Origin: Hydrogenophilales bacterium
Lineage (GTDB): Bacteria; Pseudomonadota; Gammaproteobacteria; Burkholderiales; Eutrophovitaceae
Reading direction: 5' to 3'
Assembly (NCBI GenBank): GCA_902627495.1
Contig: CACOJS010000001.1
Coordinates: 76,113 to 140,112, forward strand
Length of the DNA: 64,000 nucleotides
The notes beneath the pieces are model-generated. The model did no database searches. It worked only from the letters and a program-made list of their open reading frames with translations, and was not told the DNA's origin. The position numbers and the translations under genes are program-made. Below, in pieces: positions 27,028-37,680 of the stretch (within the stretch, counting starts at the first letter, position 1; every line of letters begins with the position of its first letter).

Positions 27028-29142
27028 TTAGTGATAATTACGCGACAAATCGAGCTCAGAGATTTTCGCGATTTTGTTCATTAACGTATCCACTTTTGCC
27101 AACAAGGCTAATCTGTTATTTTTTTTATCTTCATCGTTATCAATTACCAATACAGAGTCAAAAAAATAGTCAATATCATCATTAATTTCAGATAGTAATT
27201 TCAATGCGCCAGAAAAGTCATGGTCTGCGATCAATCTATCTGTCTCGATCTCAAGCTGATCAGCTTTAGTATTTAAACGAACTTCTGACTCATGGTGAAA
27301 ATTGATGCTATTAACTTTGTATTTTGTGTGATAATTTTTCCGCAGTATATTTTTTATGCGTTTATTAGTTGAAGAAAGGTCAGCAGCTGTCCGAAGTGTT
27401 TTGAAGGTCTTAATAGCTTTTAAAACCTCTTCAACGTTATCAAAACTAGCAGGATTTTTTGATAATACAGCTTCAATTTCGTCAATAGTGAAATTATGCT
27501 CTCTGAAGTAGCCCCGCATCCTATCCAGAATAAAATTATAAACCTGATTACCTGTACCAGCACCAATAGTGTTTTTCTTAAAGAAAGTCTCGGAAATATT
27601 TAATAATTCAGCTAAGTTTAGCCTTACTTTGTTTTCGACGAGTATTCTGGCCACCCCTAACCCAAAACGTCTTAGAGCATACGGATCTTTATCTCCAGAG
27701 GGGATGAGGTTGATTCCAAACATGGCTATAAGTGAGTCAATTTTATCTGCCAAAGCTAGACATATCGATACTTTCGTTGAGGGTACCTTGTCCCCATGAA
27801 ATCTGGGTAAGTATTGATCTTCTATGGCTTGTGCAACAATTGGCTTTTCATGGTCCAAGATGGCGTAGTATTTTCCCATAACTCCTTGTAGCTCAGGAAA
27901 TTCCGCTACCATGTCAGTAGTTAAATCAGCTTTACATATTTTCCCTGCCGCTTGGACGTCTTGTGTACTACAGTTTATTTGGCGAGCAACGTGGGTTGCA
28001 ATTTTCTCTATTCTTTCTGAGCGTTCAAATAATGTTCCAAGTTTGTGATGGAATATTACTTTTTTTAGACGAATTACTTTGTCTTTTAGGGAAGTTTTAA
28101 TGTCATTTTCATAAAAAAAGCGAGCATCATGTAACCTTGGGCTTATTACTCTTTCATTACCTTCTATGATGTTTGATGGGTCAGGAATATCCATGTTACT
28201 AACCAACAAGAATCTATTTGTTAGTTTTCCATTGGTTTCATAGAGTGGAAAGTATTTCTGGTTTGTGGTCATGGTTAGAACTAGACATTCGGAGGGCAGT
28301 GATAGAAATTCCTTACTAAACTCTGCACTATAAACAATAGGCCATTCTACCAGGCTTGTAACTTCATCTAGTAAGGTTGAATTTCCTGCTTCTTTTAATG
28401 TATATCCTAATCGGTTAGCAAGATCATGACACTGTTTTTCAATTTTTTCACGCCTTTTCTTTGATGATGCGATTACTTTTCCTTTATTGAACAGTATGTC
28501 CTCATAATCATCAGCCTTATTAACTTTAAGATCATCTTTACACAAAAAGCGATGACCCTTAGTGCTCTTTCCACTCTCTATTCCTAGGACTTTTAGATTT
28601 AGTTTATTTTTTCCATGAATTGCTAAAACACCTCGGACCGGTCTAACAAATCTGATATTTTTTACACCGTTTTCTAGTTGATAGGTCATTAATTTTGGTA
28701 TGGGGAGTTTACTCAATCTTTCCTCGAGACCTTCCTGAAGCACTGTGTCAAGACGGGCTCCATCAATTGCAAGGTCTATGAGAAGCATTTCAATCTTACC
28801 GAGGTTTTTCCTGTAAACTTTTTCTAGATAATTAGAATTGAGACTAAGGCTTCGCATTTTCTTTACAAGCGATTGGGTTGGTTTTCCTTGGGAGTCGAAC
28901 CCCACGTGCGAGGGCATAAGTTTTATTGTAGTATTTTTCGCAGGGGCTTGATCCAGCACCTTTTCAACTATGATCGCAAGTCTTCGGGGAGTCTCGAAAT
29001 TCGAGGACTTTGCGTTTTCACTGAGCAGTTGATTTTTTTTGAGGAGAGACAAGATTTCTTTTTGTAAAGCCTGAGACAAATCAACTAATGCTTTAGGGGG
29101 TAGTTCTTCGGTGAGAAGTTCAAACAATAAAGGATTAGGCAT
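27028..29142 (-). CDS. glyS: Glycine--tRNA ligase beta subunit
   Basis: A 704-aa protein with the N-terminus [13 protein letters not shown]. It overlaps glyQ by 8 nt. Confidence 0.95.
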   Translation of the reverse strand: MPNPLLFELLTEELPPKALVDLSQALQKEILSLLKKNQLLSENAKSSNFETPRRLAIIVEKVLDQAPAKNTTIKLMPSHVGFDSQGKPTQSLVKKMRSLSLNSNYLEKVYRKNLGKIEMLLIDLAIDGARLDTVLQEGLEERLSKLPIPKLMTYQLENGVKNIRFVRPVRGVLAIHGKNKLNLKVLGIESGKSTKGHRFLCKDDLKVNKADDYEDILFNKGKVIASSKKRREKIEKQCHDLANRLGYTLKEAGNSTLLDEVTSLVEWPIVYSAEFSKEFLSLPSECLVLTMTTNQKYFPLYETNGKLTNRFLLVSNMDIPDPSNIIEGNERVISPRLHDARFFYENDIKTSLKDKVIRLKKVIFHHKLGTLFERSERIEKIATHVARQINCSTQDVQAAGKICKADLTTDMVAEFPELQGVMGKYYAILDHEKPIVAQAIEDQYLPRFHGDKVPSTKVSICLALADKIDSLIAMFGINLIPSGDKDPYALRRFGLGVARILVENKVRLNLAELLNISETFFKKNTIGAGTGNQVYNFILDRMRGYFREHNFTIDEIEAVLSKNPASFDNVEEVLKAIKTFKTLRTAADLSSTNKRIKNILRKNYHTKYKVNSINFHHESEVRLNTKADQLEIETDRLIADHDFSGALKLLSEINDDIDYFFDSVLVIDNDEDKKNNRLALLAKVDTLMNKIAKISELDLSRNYH

Positions 29143-30082
29143 CAGTCTTTACCTTTCGAGCATTGACAACTTCATCAAATTCATCCGGACTCAGGGTCAG
29201 TTTCAAATAGTCAATTTCCGCCATATCAAAGCCAGTTTTTTTGCGTTTTAAATAGAAAGCTTTTGCAACACGGCGAGATAGATCTCGTACTCGTGCGATG
29301 TAAGTTGCTCTCTCGGTGACTGAAATGGCACCTCTTGCATCTAGTAGGTTGAAAATATGAGAACATTTGATCACCAAATCATATCCTGGTAGCGGAAGTC
29401 CCTCATCTAGTATGTATTTGGCATCTCTCTCATACCCATCAAAGACCTCCAACAACATCTTCACATTGGCTTTTTCAAAATTATAAGCAGATTGTTCTTT
29501 TTCGTTTTGATGGAATACATCTCTATATTTAATTTTATTTGTCCATGAAATATCATAAACATTCTCTATTGACTGTAGGTACATGGCGATTCTTTCCAGG
29601 CCATAGGTAATCTCGCCAAGCATTGGGCGACAGTTAAGCCCTCCAACCTCTTGGAAATAGGTAAACTGAGTAATCTCCATACCGTTGAGCCAGACCTCCC
29701 ATCCTAGGCCCCAAGCACCGAGTGTTGGAGATTCCCAATTATCTTCCACAAATCGGATATCATGTTTGGCACAGTCTAAGCCAATGGTATGCAAAGAATT
29801 CAAGTAGAGTTCTATGATATTGATAGGCGATGGTTTTAGAGCCACCTGGAATTGATAGTAATGTTGAAGGCGGTTAGGATTTTCACCGTATCTCCCATCT
29901 TTCGGTCGGCGGGATGGTTGCACATAGGCCGCTTTCCATGGCTCTGGTCCTATAGACCTGAGGAAGGTTCCTGGATGGAAAGTTCCAGCTCCAACTTCAA
30001 TGTCATGCGGCTGTAAAATTACGCACTCTTGGTCGGCCCAGTACTTTTGTAGATTGAAAATAATTTCCTGAAAAGTTTGCAT
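29135..30082 (-). CDS. glyQ: Glycine--tRNA ligase alpha subunit
   Basis: Highly conserved GlyQ sequence ([13 protein letters not shown]...[25 protein letters not shown]). Confidence 0.96.
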   Translation of the reverse strand: MQTFQEIIFNLQKYWADQECVILQPHDIEVGAGTFHPGTFLRSIGPEPWKAAYVQPSRRPKDGRYGENPNRLQHYYQFQVALKPSPINIIELYLNSLHTIGLDCAKHDIRFVEDNWESPTLGAWGLGWEVWLNGMEITQFTYFQEVGGLNCRPMLGEITYGLERIAMYLQSIENVYDISWTNKIKYRDVFHQNEKEQSAYNFEKANVKMLLEVFDGYERDAKYILDEGLPLPGYDLVIKCSHIFNLLDARGAISVTERATYIARVRDLSRRVAKAFYLKRKKTGFDMAEIDYLKLTLSPDEFDEVVNARKVKTDA

Positions 30083-30155
30083 TTATTTTGGAGTTATAGT
30101 CTAGTCAAAGTGAGCATCGTAGGCTTGCTTTTTATTAGTCAATCATAAAGTGTTA

Positions 30156-31715
30156 TCAAAGGTGATTGTCAACCTTATTTGGTCTTTTGGTTCTCGCATA
30201 AAGTCCAAAACCTATTATACCAATAGAAATCATAAGAATTGTTTTATTTCCAAAGGTAGAGAAGGGAGTGTTTCCTTCCCGTCCAGCTACTCTTTCTTCT
30301 ATTATTTGAGTTTCAAATTCTGGAGCTGCTTTTATTATTTTGCCTTGCCAATCTATTATTGCTGTAACTCCAGTGTTTGTTGCTCTAAGCATAACTCTAG
30401 CAGTCTCGATGGCTCTCATTTGGGAAATTTGTAGGTGTTGCCGAGAAGCTAATGACTTTCCCCACCAGGCATCATTTGTAAAGTTTGCTAGTATTGTCGC
30501 TTTTGGTAGTTGGTTTATGATTACTCTGCCAAATACATCCTCATAGCAAATGTTAATGCCTATTTCTTGTTGCCCGATCTTTATGGTTGACTGCTGGCGA
30601 TTTCCTGGTGAAAAAGAGGACATTGGTATATCAACATTTTCAATAAACCAAAAGAATAGAGAATGTAATGGAAAATAGTCTCCAAAAGGTACTAGGTGTT
30701 TTTTTCGATAAATTTGTTCAGGCGAGTTTCCAAAACTGAAAACGCTGTTGTAATATTTGCCGTCATTACCTATTTCGGGAATTCCAACCAATAAATTCCC
30801 ACTTCTCTCTTTGATTGGTTTAACGAGAGATACTAGAAATTTCTTTGGTATGTTTTGGAAAAAAATGGGGAAAGCTGTCTCAGGCAGTAAAACTAGGTCA
30901 GCAGAATTACTTTGTGCTAAGGTTTTGTAGTGAATTAATGTTTTTTGAACCGAATTGGGATTCCATTTTGTCAGTTGTGGAATATTGCCTTGAACCAAGG
31001 CTACTTTAATCGGAGGATGTGTTGTTGGCAATGACCATTCTATATTAGCTAGACTCTTACCTAGCACTACCAAAACTATCGGGATCCCTATGATTACTGT
31101 TGGGAATCTCCTAACTTTTGATTCCCAGACTTCTAGAATTATTACAAGAAATATGCCCGCGACAATTACTGTTAAAAAAGTAACACCAAAAACCCCCAGA
31201 ATGGGGCCAAAACCGATTAGAGGGCCGCTAGGCACCTGGGAATAGCCGACAGATAACCACGGAAATCCTGTGAACATATATGCTCTGCTAATTTCGGCCA
31301 ATGTCCACAAAGCCGGAAAAATGATTAGTAACCGCACTCTCCGAGACAGTCTTCTAAAAAAGAAAAACAATCCACCGGTTAATGCAATATAAATTGATAA
31401 GTATGCAGAAAACAGGACCACAATAGTGGCTGCCAAGCCAGATCCCATACCCCCGTATTTTGTTAGACTAATGTAAATCCAACTAACACCTGAGATAAAT
31501 AGCCCGAACCCGAACATCAACCCTAACCAAATGGCCTGTGAATAGGATTGGCTTTTTTCAAATGTAAAGCCCAATATCGCTATGGTTAGAATTGGAACAA
31601 AGAAAAAATTAAATGGAGCAAACCCGAGAACTGTTAGAGCCCCAGAGAGCACTGCCAGAATCGAGGGTTGAAGAAAATCAGTTTTTTTCTTCATCCATCT
31701 TTCTGTTTTTTTCAA
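30156..31715 (-). CDS. lnt: Apolipoprotein N-acyltransferase
   Basis: Multi-TM N-domain plus a C-terminal nitrilase-type CN-hydrolase domain (LPETA...ICYE). The start is uncertain (31715 or 31694). Either choice overlaps the corC stop. Confidence 0.9.
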   Translation of the reverse strand: MKKTERWMKKKTDFLQPSILAVLSGALTVLGFAPFNFFFVPILTIAILGFTFEKSQSYSQAIWLGLMFGFGLFISGVSWIYISLTKYGGMGSGLAATIVVLFSAYLSIYIALTGGLFFFFRRLSRRVRLLIIFPALWTLAEISRAYMFTGFPWLSVGYSQVPSGPLIGFGPILGVFGVTFLTVIVAGIFLVIILEVWESKVRRFPTVIIGIPIVLVVLGKSLANIEWSLPTTHPPIKVALVQGNIPQLTKWNPNSVQKTLIHYKTLAQSNSADLVLLPETAFPIFFQNIPKKFLVSLVKPIKERSGNLLVGIPEIGNDGKYYNSVFSFGNSPEQIYRKKHLVPFGDYFPLHSLFFWFIENVDIPMSSFSPGNRQQSTIKIGQQEIGINICYEDVFGRVIINQLPKATILANFTNDAWWGKSLASRQHLQISQMRAIETARVMLRATNTGVTAIIDWQGKIIKAAPEFETQIIEERVAGREGNTPFSTFGNKTILMISIGIIGFGLYARTKRPNKVDNHL

Positions 31716-32577
31716 TCAATAGTAGTTGTAATTTTCTGCTATCAGCACGTAGTATAGTGACTCTCAGTCCAGCTAATTGGAAACTCTCTCCTCCCTTTGG
31801 AAGTCGACCAATGTGGGCCAAGACTAAGCCACCTATGGTATCAAATTCGTCTTCACTAAAGTTGGTTCCGAGCTTTTCATTAATATCCTCTAGGTCAGTT
31901 TGGGCTTTGACGCGGTATTTGTTTTTGCTATCCATAACAATGTTTGACTCAGAATCATCAAAGTCAAATTCATCTTCTATGTCCCCTACTATTTGCTCTA
32001 GGACATCCTCTATTGTTACAATCCCTGCAACCCCCCCATACTCATCAACTACAATGGCAATATGATTTCGATTTTTACGGAAATCTTCCAGTAAAATATT
32101 TAGGCGTTTTGATTCTGGAATAAACACAGCCGGACGCAACTTTTCTCTCAAATCAAATTTTTCATTATTTTGATAATAACGAAGTAGATCTTTTGCCAAC
32201 AAAATTCCGATAACGTCATCTTTATTCTCACTAATAACCGGAAACCTTGAGTGGGCTGTTTCGATTGCATATTCTATGATTTTTTCCATGGGATCGTTAA
32301 TATTCATAACACCTACCTGAGCTCGTGGAACCATAATATCTCCAGCTTGCATGTCTGACACTTGTAAAACCCCTTCTATCATTGACAAAGCATCTGCATC
32401 CATTAAGTTTTTTTCGAAAGAGCTATGTAAGAGTTTGACCAATTGTTCTCTATCCTCAGGTTCACGGAGTAATAATTTGCTAATTTTTTCTAGCCAATTT
32501 GATTTGTTGTCTGGATCATCCATATATATGTTTTTATGTAAAATTAAGCTGACAAGTTTATTGATAAGGGTTACCAA
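31678..32577 (-). CDS. corC: CorC/HlyC-family magnesium/cobalt efflux-associated protein (CBS pair + CorC_HlyC domain)
   Basis: A CBS pair (MVPRAQV...), then the HIAIVVDEYGG..G.VT.ED..E.IVG motif, then the C-terminal transporter-associated domain. Confidence 0.9.
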   Translation of the reverse strand: MVTLINKLVSLILHKNIYMDDPDNKSNWLEKISKLLLREPEDREQLVKLLHSSFEKNLMDADALSMIEGVLQVSDMQAGDIMVPRAQVGVMNINDPMEKIIEYAIETAHSRFPVISENKDDVIGILLAKDLLRYYQNNEKFDLREKLRPAVFIPESKRLNILLEDFRKNRNHIAIVVDEYGGVAGIVTIEDVLEQIVGDIEDEFDFDDSESNIVMDSKNKYRVKAQTDLEDINEKLGTNFSEDEFDTIGGLVLAHIGRLPKGGESFQLAGLRVTILRADSRKLQLLLIEKNRKMDEEKN

Positions 32578-33028
32578 AGCCTAGGCTATTCAGCAAACTT
32601 TTTTCTCTACTTTCCATTCTTTCTGCTGCACTACGATTATCATGGGTGAACCCTTGAATATGTAGGACTCCATGAATAATCAAATGGGCCAGATGAGCGT
32701 GAAATTCTTTGTTTTGCTGAATTGCTTCTTTTTTTACGATAGGAAGACATATCGCAATATCTCCCTCTAGCCCACTATCCAAGTCGTAAGGAAAGCTCAG
32801 AACATTAGTCGCATGTTCTTTTCCACAAAATTGCTTATTTAAACTTCGTCCCTCTGATTCGTCAATCAATCTAATGGTAATGGACATATCTCGAGTAATA
32901 GCCGAAGAGGCCCAACGCCACATATTTTTTTTTGACGGTAAGTCCCGATCCTTGAAGCCATATTGGATTTCGAGCTTTAAACGGGCTTTTTTGTTTAGTG
33001 ACTCTCGAAATTTAGGGTCACTTACCAT
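32558..33028 (-). CDS. ybeY: Endoribonuclease YbeY (rRNA maturation)
   Basis: HLIIHGVLHIQGFTHD zinc motif (H...H.....H). Size is 156 aa. Confidence 0.93.
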   Translation of the reverse strand: MVSDPKFRESLNKKARLKLEIQYGFKDRDLPSKKNMWRWASSAITRDMSITIRLIDESEGRSLNKQFCGKEHATNVLSFPYDLDSGLEGDIAICLPIVKKEAIQQNKEFHAHLAHLIIHGVLHIQGFTHDNRSAAERMESREKSLLNSLGFGNPYQ

Positions 33029-33962
33029 TGCTTGCCTCGTATGCTTTAACTATTCTCTGTACTAATGGATGACGGACTACATCTTCACCCATGAATTCTG
33101 TAAAGGCTATTCCCGAAACGTCATGCAATATATTTTTTGCTTTAATTAAACCGTTTTTTTTCGGATTAGGAAGATCAATTTGTGTAACGTCTCCTGTAAT
33201 GACGGCCTTACTTCCGAAACCGATACGTGTCAAAAACATTTTCATCTGTTCTGGAGTAGTATTTTGTGCTTCATCCAATATCACGAAAGAGTTATTTATT
33301 GTCCGACCTCTCATATAAGCCAAGGGAGCAATCTCAATGATACCTTTTTCAAAGAGCTTTCCCACTTTTTCGTGCCCGACAAGGTCATAAAGTGCGTCAT
33401 AGAGAGGTCTGAGATATGGGTCAACCTTTTGGGTTAAGTCACCAGGAAGAAAACCGAGTCTCTCCCCCGCTTCGACGGCGGGTCTAGCAAGTATAATTCT
33501 CCTAACTGTATCTCTTTCTAAGGCATCAACTGCACTGGCGACAGCTAGGTATGTTTTACCAGTTCCTGCTGGCCCGATACCAAAAACTACATCAGATTTT
33601 TGGATTTGGATAAGGTATTTTTTTTGTCGGTCTGTTCGCCCTCGTAGATCTTTTTTTCTGGTTTTAAGCCGAGGTTCGTGAGTATTTAAATTCGAGTCAG
33701 GGTTGTTTACTACTTCTATTAAGCCAAGCTGAATCTCTTCAATGTTTATATGGCTCTTAGCTTTTTGATAAAACATTTTCAATGTGTCTCGTGCTAGTTG
33801 TATTTTCCCTATTTCACCGATGAGAGAAAACTCTCCTCCTCTACGCGAAATGGTTACGTTAAAGGCGGTTTCTATTTCTCGAAGGTTTTCGTCCAAAGAT
33901 CCGCAGAGATTAGCCAGCCTCTCGTTATCTAGTGGAAGGAGTGTGAAGTTTGTTGAATTCAA
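33018..33962 (-). CDS. ybeZ: PhoH-like ATPase (YbeZ)
   Basis: Walker [12 protein letters not shown]. PhoH motifs (ILDEAQN). The TTG start overlaps the miaB stop (TTGA). Confidence 0.92.
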   Translation of the reverse strand: MNSTNFTLLPLDNERLANLCGSLDENLREIETAFNVTISRRGGEFSLIGEIGKIQLARDTLKMFYQKAKSHINIEEIQLGLIEVVNNPDSNLNTHEPRLKTRKKDLRGRTDRQKKYLIQIQKSDVVFGIGPAGTGKTYLAVASAVDALERDTVRRIILARPAVEAGERLGFLPGDLTQKVDPYLRPLYDALYDLVGHEKVGKLFEKGIIEIAPLAYMRGRTINNSFVILDEAQNTTPEQMKMFLTRIGFGSKAVITGDVTQIDLPNPKKNGLIKAKNILHDVSGIAFTEFMGEDVVRHPLVQRIVKAYEASNGK

Positions 33963-35293
33963 GCAGCGTTTTGGATCAACCGGTTAGCACGTAGTGAATT
34001 GGACATAATTTCCGTAATTCTAACTTTTTCAATACGTCCTATCAAATTACTTGGACCTTTAAAATTCACTATGCGGTTATTAGAAGTCCTGCCTGATATC
34101 TCATCTTTTCTTTTTAGAGAAGGGCCCTCTACGAGAACATCTTGAACTGAATTGAGCATGGATTGGCTAGTATCTTCTCGATGTTTATTTAATAAGCTCT
34201 GTAAAGTTTGTAATCTTGATTTTTTGGTAGCTAAAGGCACTTGATCAGGAAGTTCCGCTGCAGGTGTTCCCGGTCGTGGGCTATACATGAAACTAAAGCT
34301 AGTATCGAATTTGATAGTTTCAATTAACTGTAGTGTCTCTTCAAAATCACTGTCCCGTTCTCCTGGGAATCCAACTATAAAATCAGACCCAACACTTATT
34401 CCGGGTCTGACTGTCCGCAAGTCCTTAATAATATTTTCATATTTGCTGCGGGTGTACCCCCTTTTCATTAGTCGAAGCACGCGGTCAGACCCCGACTGAA
34501 CTGGGAGATGAACGTGATCAACCAACTGAGGTGTTGTGTAAAAGGTGTTGATAAGTCTTGCATTAAATTCTTTTGGGTGAGATGTTGTAAACCTAATTCT
34601 ATCTATACCTGGTATTGCAGCAGAAAACTCTACCAATGTTGCAAGATCAACCTTTTCATTTGTTTTTGTCTGGCTGCTATACGCATTAACGTTTTGGCCA
34701 AGAAATGTAACTTCACGGACACCCTGTCTAGAGAGTCCAGCAAGCTCAATCAGAACCTCTTCAAAAGGCCGTGATATTTCCTCTCCCCTTGTATAAGGTA
34801 CTACACAAAAACTACAGTATTTGCTACACCCTTCCATTATCGAGAGAAAAGCCGTGCATTTTTGAGGTTTAGGAAGTGGCAGTTTGTCAAATTTTTCAAT
34901 TTCTGGAAAAGATATATCTACTTGTGATTTCCCAGTAGATAATTTTTTCCGTATCAGACCAGGAAGCCGATGTAGCGTTTGAGGTCCGAAAACAACATCT
35001 ACAAACGGAGCCCTTCTAATGATTTCAGCCCCCTCTTGGCTTGCTACACATCCTCCTACGCCGATGATTATTTCAGGATTATTTGACTTAAGGTGTTTGA
35101 TTCTTCCCAGGTCACTAAAGACCTTTTCCTGAGCCTTTTCTCGCACAGAGCAGGTGTTAAAGATTACAACATCAGCTTTTGCCGGGAGATCTGTTTTCTC
35201 AAAATAATCCAGCTCTTGTAGTGCATCTAGTGCACGCTCTGAGTCATGAACATTCATCTGGCACCCAAATGTCCGAATAAAAACTTTTTTCAT
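33959..35293 (-). CDS. miaB: tRNA-2-methylthio-N6-dimethylallyladenosine synthase
   Basis: N-terminal [10 protein letters not shown] motif. Radical-SAM [11 protein letters not shown] motif. TRAM domain. I prefer the ATG at 35293 ([14 protein letters not shown]). The ORF track extends to TTG 35329. Confidence 0.93.
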   Translation of the reverse strand: MKKVFIRTFGCQMNVHDSERALDALQELDYFEKTDLPAKADVVIFNTCSVREKAQEKVFSDLGRIKHLKSNNPEIIIGVGGCVASQEGAEIIRRAPFVDVVFGPQTLHRLPGLIRKKLSTGKSQVDISFPEIEKFDKLPLPKPQKCTAFLSIMEGCSKYCSFCVVPYTRGEEISRPFEEVLIELAGLSRQGVREVTFLGQNVNAYSSQTKTNEKVDLATLVEFSAAIPGIDRIRFTTSHPKEFNARLINTFYTTPQLVDHVHLPVQSGSDRVLRLMKRGYTRSKYENIIKDLRTVRPGISVGSDFIVGFPGERDSDFEETLQLIETIKFDTSFSFMYSPRPGTPAAELPDQVPLATKKSRLQTLQSLLNKHREDTSQSMLNSVQDVLVEGPSLKRKDEISGRTSNNRIVNFKGPSNLIGRIEKVRITEIMSNSLRANRLIQNAA

Positions 35294-35568
35294 ATTTTGT
35301 TTGAACAGTTCAATTCTATTGGCAGACAATGTTAAAAATTTTTATGTGACTCCAAAGCTTGATTAGACAGCCAATCTGATTGTATCAACTTTAATAAACA
35401 TCATACTTATTTTCTCGAATTTATGAAAGTTAGATAATTGGGGTTAAAATAAGCGGGCATTAATTGAAATAAGACACAGAGTTTGGAGAGTTAGGCATCT
35501 TACACTTTATCCATTGTTGTTTAAATCAAAAGTTTGATACATATAACTCATTGAAAAAAATAGGAAAA

Positions 35569-35644
35569 TGGTGGCGAATCTGGGATTTGAACCTAGGACC
35601 TTCGGATTATGATTCCGCTGCTCTAACCACTGAGCTAATTCGCC
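35569..35644 (-). tRNA. tRNA with CAU anticodon (elongator Met, or Ile2 read after lysidine modification), CCA-encoded
   Basis: The minus strand reads GGCGAAT-TA-GCTC-AGTGGTTA-GAGC-A-GCGGA-ATCATAA-TCCGA-AGGTC-CTAGG-TTCAAAT-CCCAG-ATTCGCC-ACCA. The cloverleaf folds with a 7-bp acceptor stem, U33, CAU at 34-36 and A37. There is one mismatch each in the anticodon stem (27:43) and the T stem (51:63). Confidence 0.85.
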
Positions 35645-35670
35645 AGATTATTATTGTATTAAGAGCGCAG

Positions 35671-35699
35671 AGGTTACTTATGAGATTGTCTACTGTCAA
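35671..35699 (-). promoter_or_regulatory. Putative sigma-70 promoter of the tRNA gene
   Basis: The minus strand reads TTGACA-N17-TAACCT, followed by the GC-rich discriminator CTGCGCTC. It lies about 26 nt upstream of the mature tRNA 5' end. Confidence 0.4.
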
Positions 35700-35711
35700 G
35701 CAAATCCATGT

Positions 35712-35729
35712 ATGAAAACATGTTTTCAT
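35712..35729. promoter_or_regulatory. Perfect 18-bp palindrome ATGAAAACATGTTTTCAT
   Basis: The reverse complement is identical to the forward sequence. It lies about 30 bp upstream of the FAD-monooxygenase start and next to the tRNA promoter. Confidence 0.5.
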
Positions 35730-35757
35730 CTTTTGCCATATCAAGTAGGAGTAATCG

Positions 35758-36906
35758 ATGAGATTTGATATGGTTATAACAGGAGGAGGGGTCGTAGGCA
35801 TCGCATTGGCACTAAGCCTTGAGCGATGTGGCTTCAACACAGCACTCATTGAAAAATCAAGCTTGTCGGTTGGTCAGCCAGTATCTGACCGAAAACAGGT
35901 TTTTATGCTCAATTTGGCAAGTTTGGAATTTTTAGAGAAGATAGGATCTATGGACCAATTTCCTCGTGAATCTGTCCAAAATGTCTTTGAAATAATGGTT
36001 AGGGGTGACAAACGGGGAGAATTACTCTTTGACTCTGTCAGGTCAGGGTTGCCGCGGCTGGGGGTTACGATACAAAAGGAAGATCTCGTGAGGGTACTAC
36101 GTAATCTTCTACCTCAGTCTCAAGTCACGATATTTGACGAGGACAGTGTTGACCAGGTCAAATGGAGTAGGTCCCATGTTGATATCAAGTTGTCAAAAGG
36201 AAGCATAATCTCTTCGGACTTATTGGTAGCGGCAGATGGAGTGTCTTCTAAGATTAGAAAATTAGCTAATATAGGAGTGAAACTACACGATTTCCACCAG
36301 GTGGCAGTTGTCTCAAGACTGATTGGGAGATCAGTAAATGGAGTGGCATATCAATGGTTCCAAAAAGCCGGGGGTGTTTTGGCTTTATTACCTATTGGCA
36401 CATCAGAGTTTGGTGTTGTCTGGTCAATGTCAGAGGAACTTGGGGTGGAGATAATCGACGCCGATCCTAATATGTTCGAACAAAAACTTAAAAATTTGGT
36501 CGGCGACGACTTAGGAAATCTACGTTTGAGTGGTCCAATTTGCTATTTTCCTTTAACGTCAGTTGCTCCACTGAGTGTGGTTGGAGATCGACTGGCTTTG
36601 GTTGGTGATGCCGGTGGGACCGTCCACCCTATGGCCGGCCAAGGATTGAATCTTGGGCTAGGCGATGCCTCCATATTGACAGATGTTTTGACTGAAAATC
36701 CAAATTTAGGGCTATCTTCTAAGCTGAGAAAATATCAGCGACGGCGATCTGAAAAAGTTGCTATTATCAGGCATGTAACGCACGGGTTGCATAAATTGTT
36801 CTCATCAAACGCTTCTGTTTTAACCTTTGCCAGGAATCTAGGGATGTCAATTTTTGATCGATCTGCATTACTTAAGAGGGCGGCTATCAGCATTGCCTCG
36901 AGATAG
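35758..36906 (+). CDS. UbiH/UbiF/VisC/Coq6-family FAD-dependent monooxygenase (ubiquinone ring hydroxylase type)
   Basis: N-terminal FAD fingerprint DMVITGGGVVGIALA. ADGVSSKIR and LVGDAGGTVHPMAGQGLNLG motifs. An AGGAG SD lies 6 nt upstream. Confidence 0.85.
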   Translation: MRFDMVITGGGVVGIALALSLERCGFNTALIEKSSLSVGQPVSDRKQVFMLNLASLEFLEKIGSMDQFPRESVQNVFEIMVRGDKRGELLFDSVRSGLPRLGVTIQKEDLVRVLRNLLPQSQVTIFDEDSVDQVKWSRSHVDIKLSKGSIISSDLLVAADGVSSKIRKLANIGVKLHDFHQVAVVSRLIGRSVNGVAYQWFQKAGGVLALLPIGTSEFGVVWSMSEELGVEIIDADPNMFEQKLKNLVGDDLGNLRLSGPICYFPLTSVAPLSVVGDRLALVGDAGGTVHPMAGQGLNLGLGDASILTDVLTENPNLGLSSKLRKYQRRRSEKVAIIRHVTHGLHKLFSSNASVLTFARNLGMSIFDRSALLKRAAISIASR

Positions 36907-36939
36907 TTTTTATTGAAATAACCAGTGAAGGGTCCCAGT

Positions 36940-37680
36940 ATGAATTTTCAGCACGTTTTTTTCTCAATTTTTGTGGGGTTTTTATTCTCTATTTCCTCTA
37001 GCCTATCTCAAGCTGCTGAAGATGAGATAAGAAGACTAATTAACACCAGATTTCCTGGGGTGGAACTTGAGCAAATTAACAAAGTAAAGGGAATAGATCT
37101 GTATGAAATAGTGATTGAGGGAGATGTTATTTATGTTGACTCGAAATTACGATATTTTATCGATGGAAATTTGATTGACCTATCTACCATGCAAAATATC
37201 ACGCGGGCGAGAAAATCTTCACTGGAAGCTGAGGCTATGGAAAGATTAGCTATGCCCTTATCAGATTTTCCATTGGATCTGGCGTTCAAAAAAGTAAATG
37301 GTAATGGTTCCAGAAAAATGGCTTACTTTGCCGATCCAAACTGTGGTTATTGTAAGCGTTTCGAGAAACTTACCCTGCCTAAATTGAATAATGTCACCAT
37401 ATACATATTCCCTTATCCTATAATTAGCGACAAATCGGTACCCTTGACTCAAGCTATCTGGTGTTCCAATAATAGAGAGGCTGCTTGGGACGACTACGTC
37501 CTTAACGGAAAAACACCGCCACAGTCGAACGACTGCACTCACCCAATAGACAAAATACTCGCTTTCGGAAAAAAAATGCGTATTCGTGGGACACCTACTC
37601 TATTTTTTGCTGATGGTTCCAGGGTTCCTGGGATGATGGCAGTTGATGAATTGGAAAAAAAGCTTGATAAAAGTCGTTAG
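36940..37680 (+). CDS. dsbC: Thiol:disulfide interchange protein DsbC
   Basis: Signal peptide. DsbC N-terminal dimerisation domain. Thioredoxin fold with PNCGYCKRFE (CGYC) and GTPT cis-Pro loop. I prefer the ATG at 36940 over the ORF-track GTG at 36925. Confidence 0.88.
   Translation: MNFQHVFFSIFVGFLFSISSSLSQAAEDEIRRLINTRFPGVELEQINKVKGIDLYEIVIEGDVIYVDSKLRYFIDGNLIDLSTMQNITRARKSSLEAEAMERLAMPLSDFPLDLAFKKVNGNGSRKMAYFADPNCGYCKRFEKLTLPKLNNVTIYIFPYPIISDKSVPLTQAIWCSNNREAAWDDYVLNGKTPPQSNDCTHPIDKILAFGKKMRIRGTPTLFFADGSRVPGMMAVDELEKKLDKSR

Noticed and set aside
31613-32065. Long antisense ORFs inside well-supported genes. Examples are 31613-32065 (+) in corC, 4066-4464 (-) in the CoA-transferase, 38466-38849 (+) in mltA, 57953-58348 (-) in pyrC', and 6231-6596 (+) and 63012-63362 (+) in lpdA and glnA.
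   Set aside because: Each lies entirely opposite a CDS with strong family motifs. Their translations are low-complexity (Ser/Pro/Leu-rich) with no motif or SD. These are typical shadow ORFs.
35607-35849. An 80-aa minus-strand ORF spanning the tRNA gene and the start of the monooxygenase gene.
   Set aside because: It overlaps a well-folding tRNA and the N-terminus of a motif-bearing CDS, so it is an artefact of the open frame.
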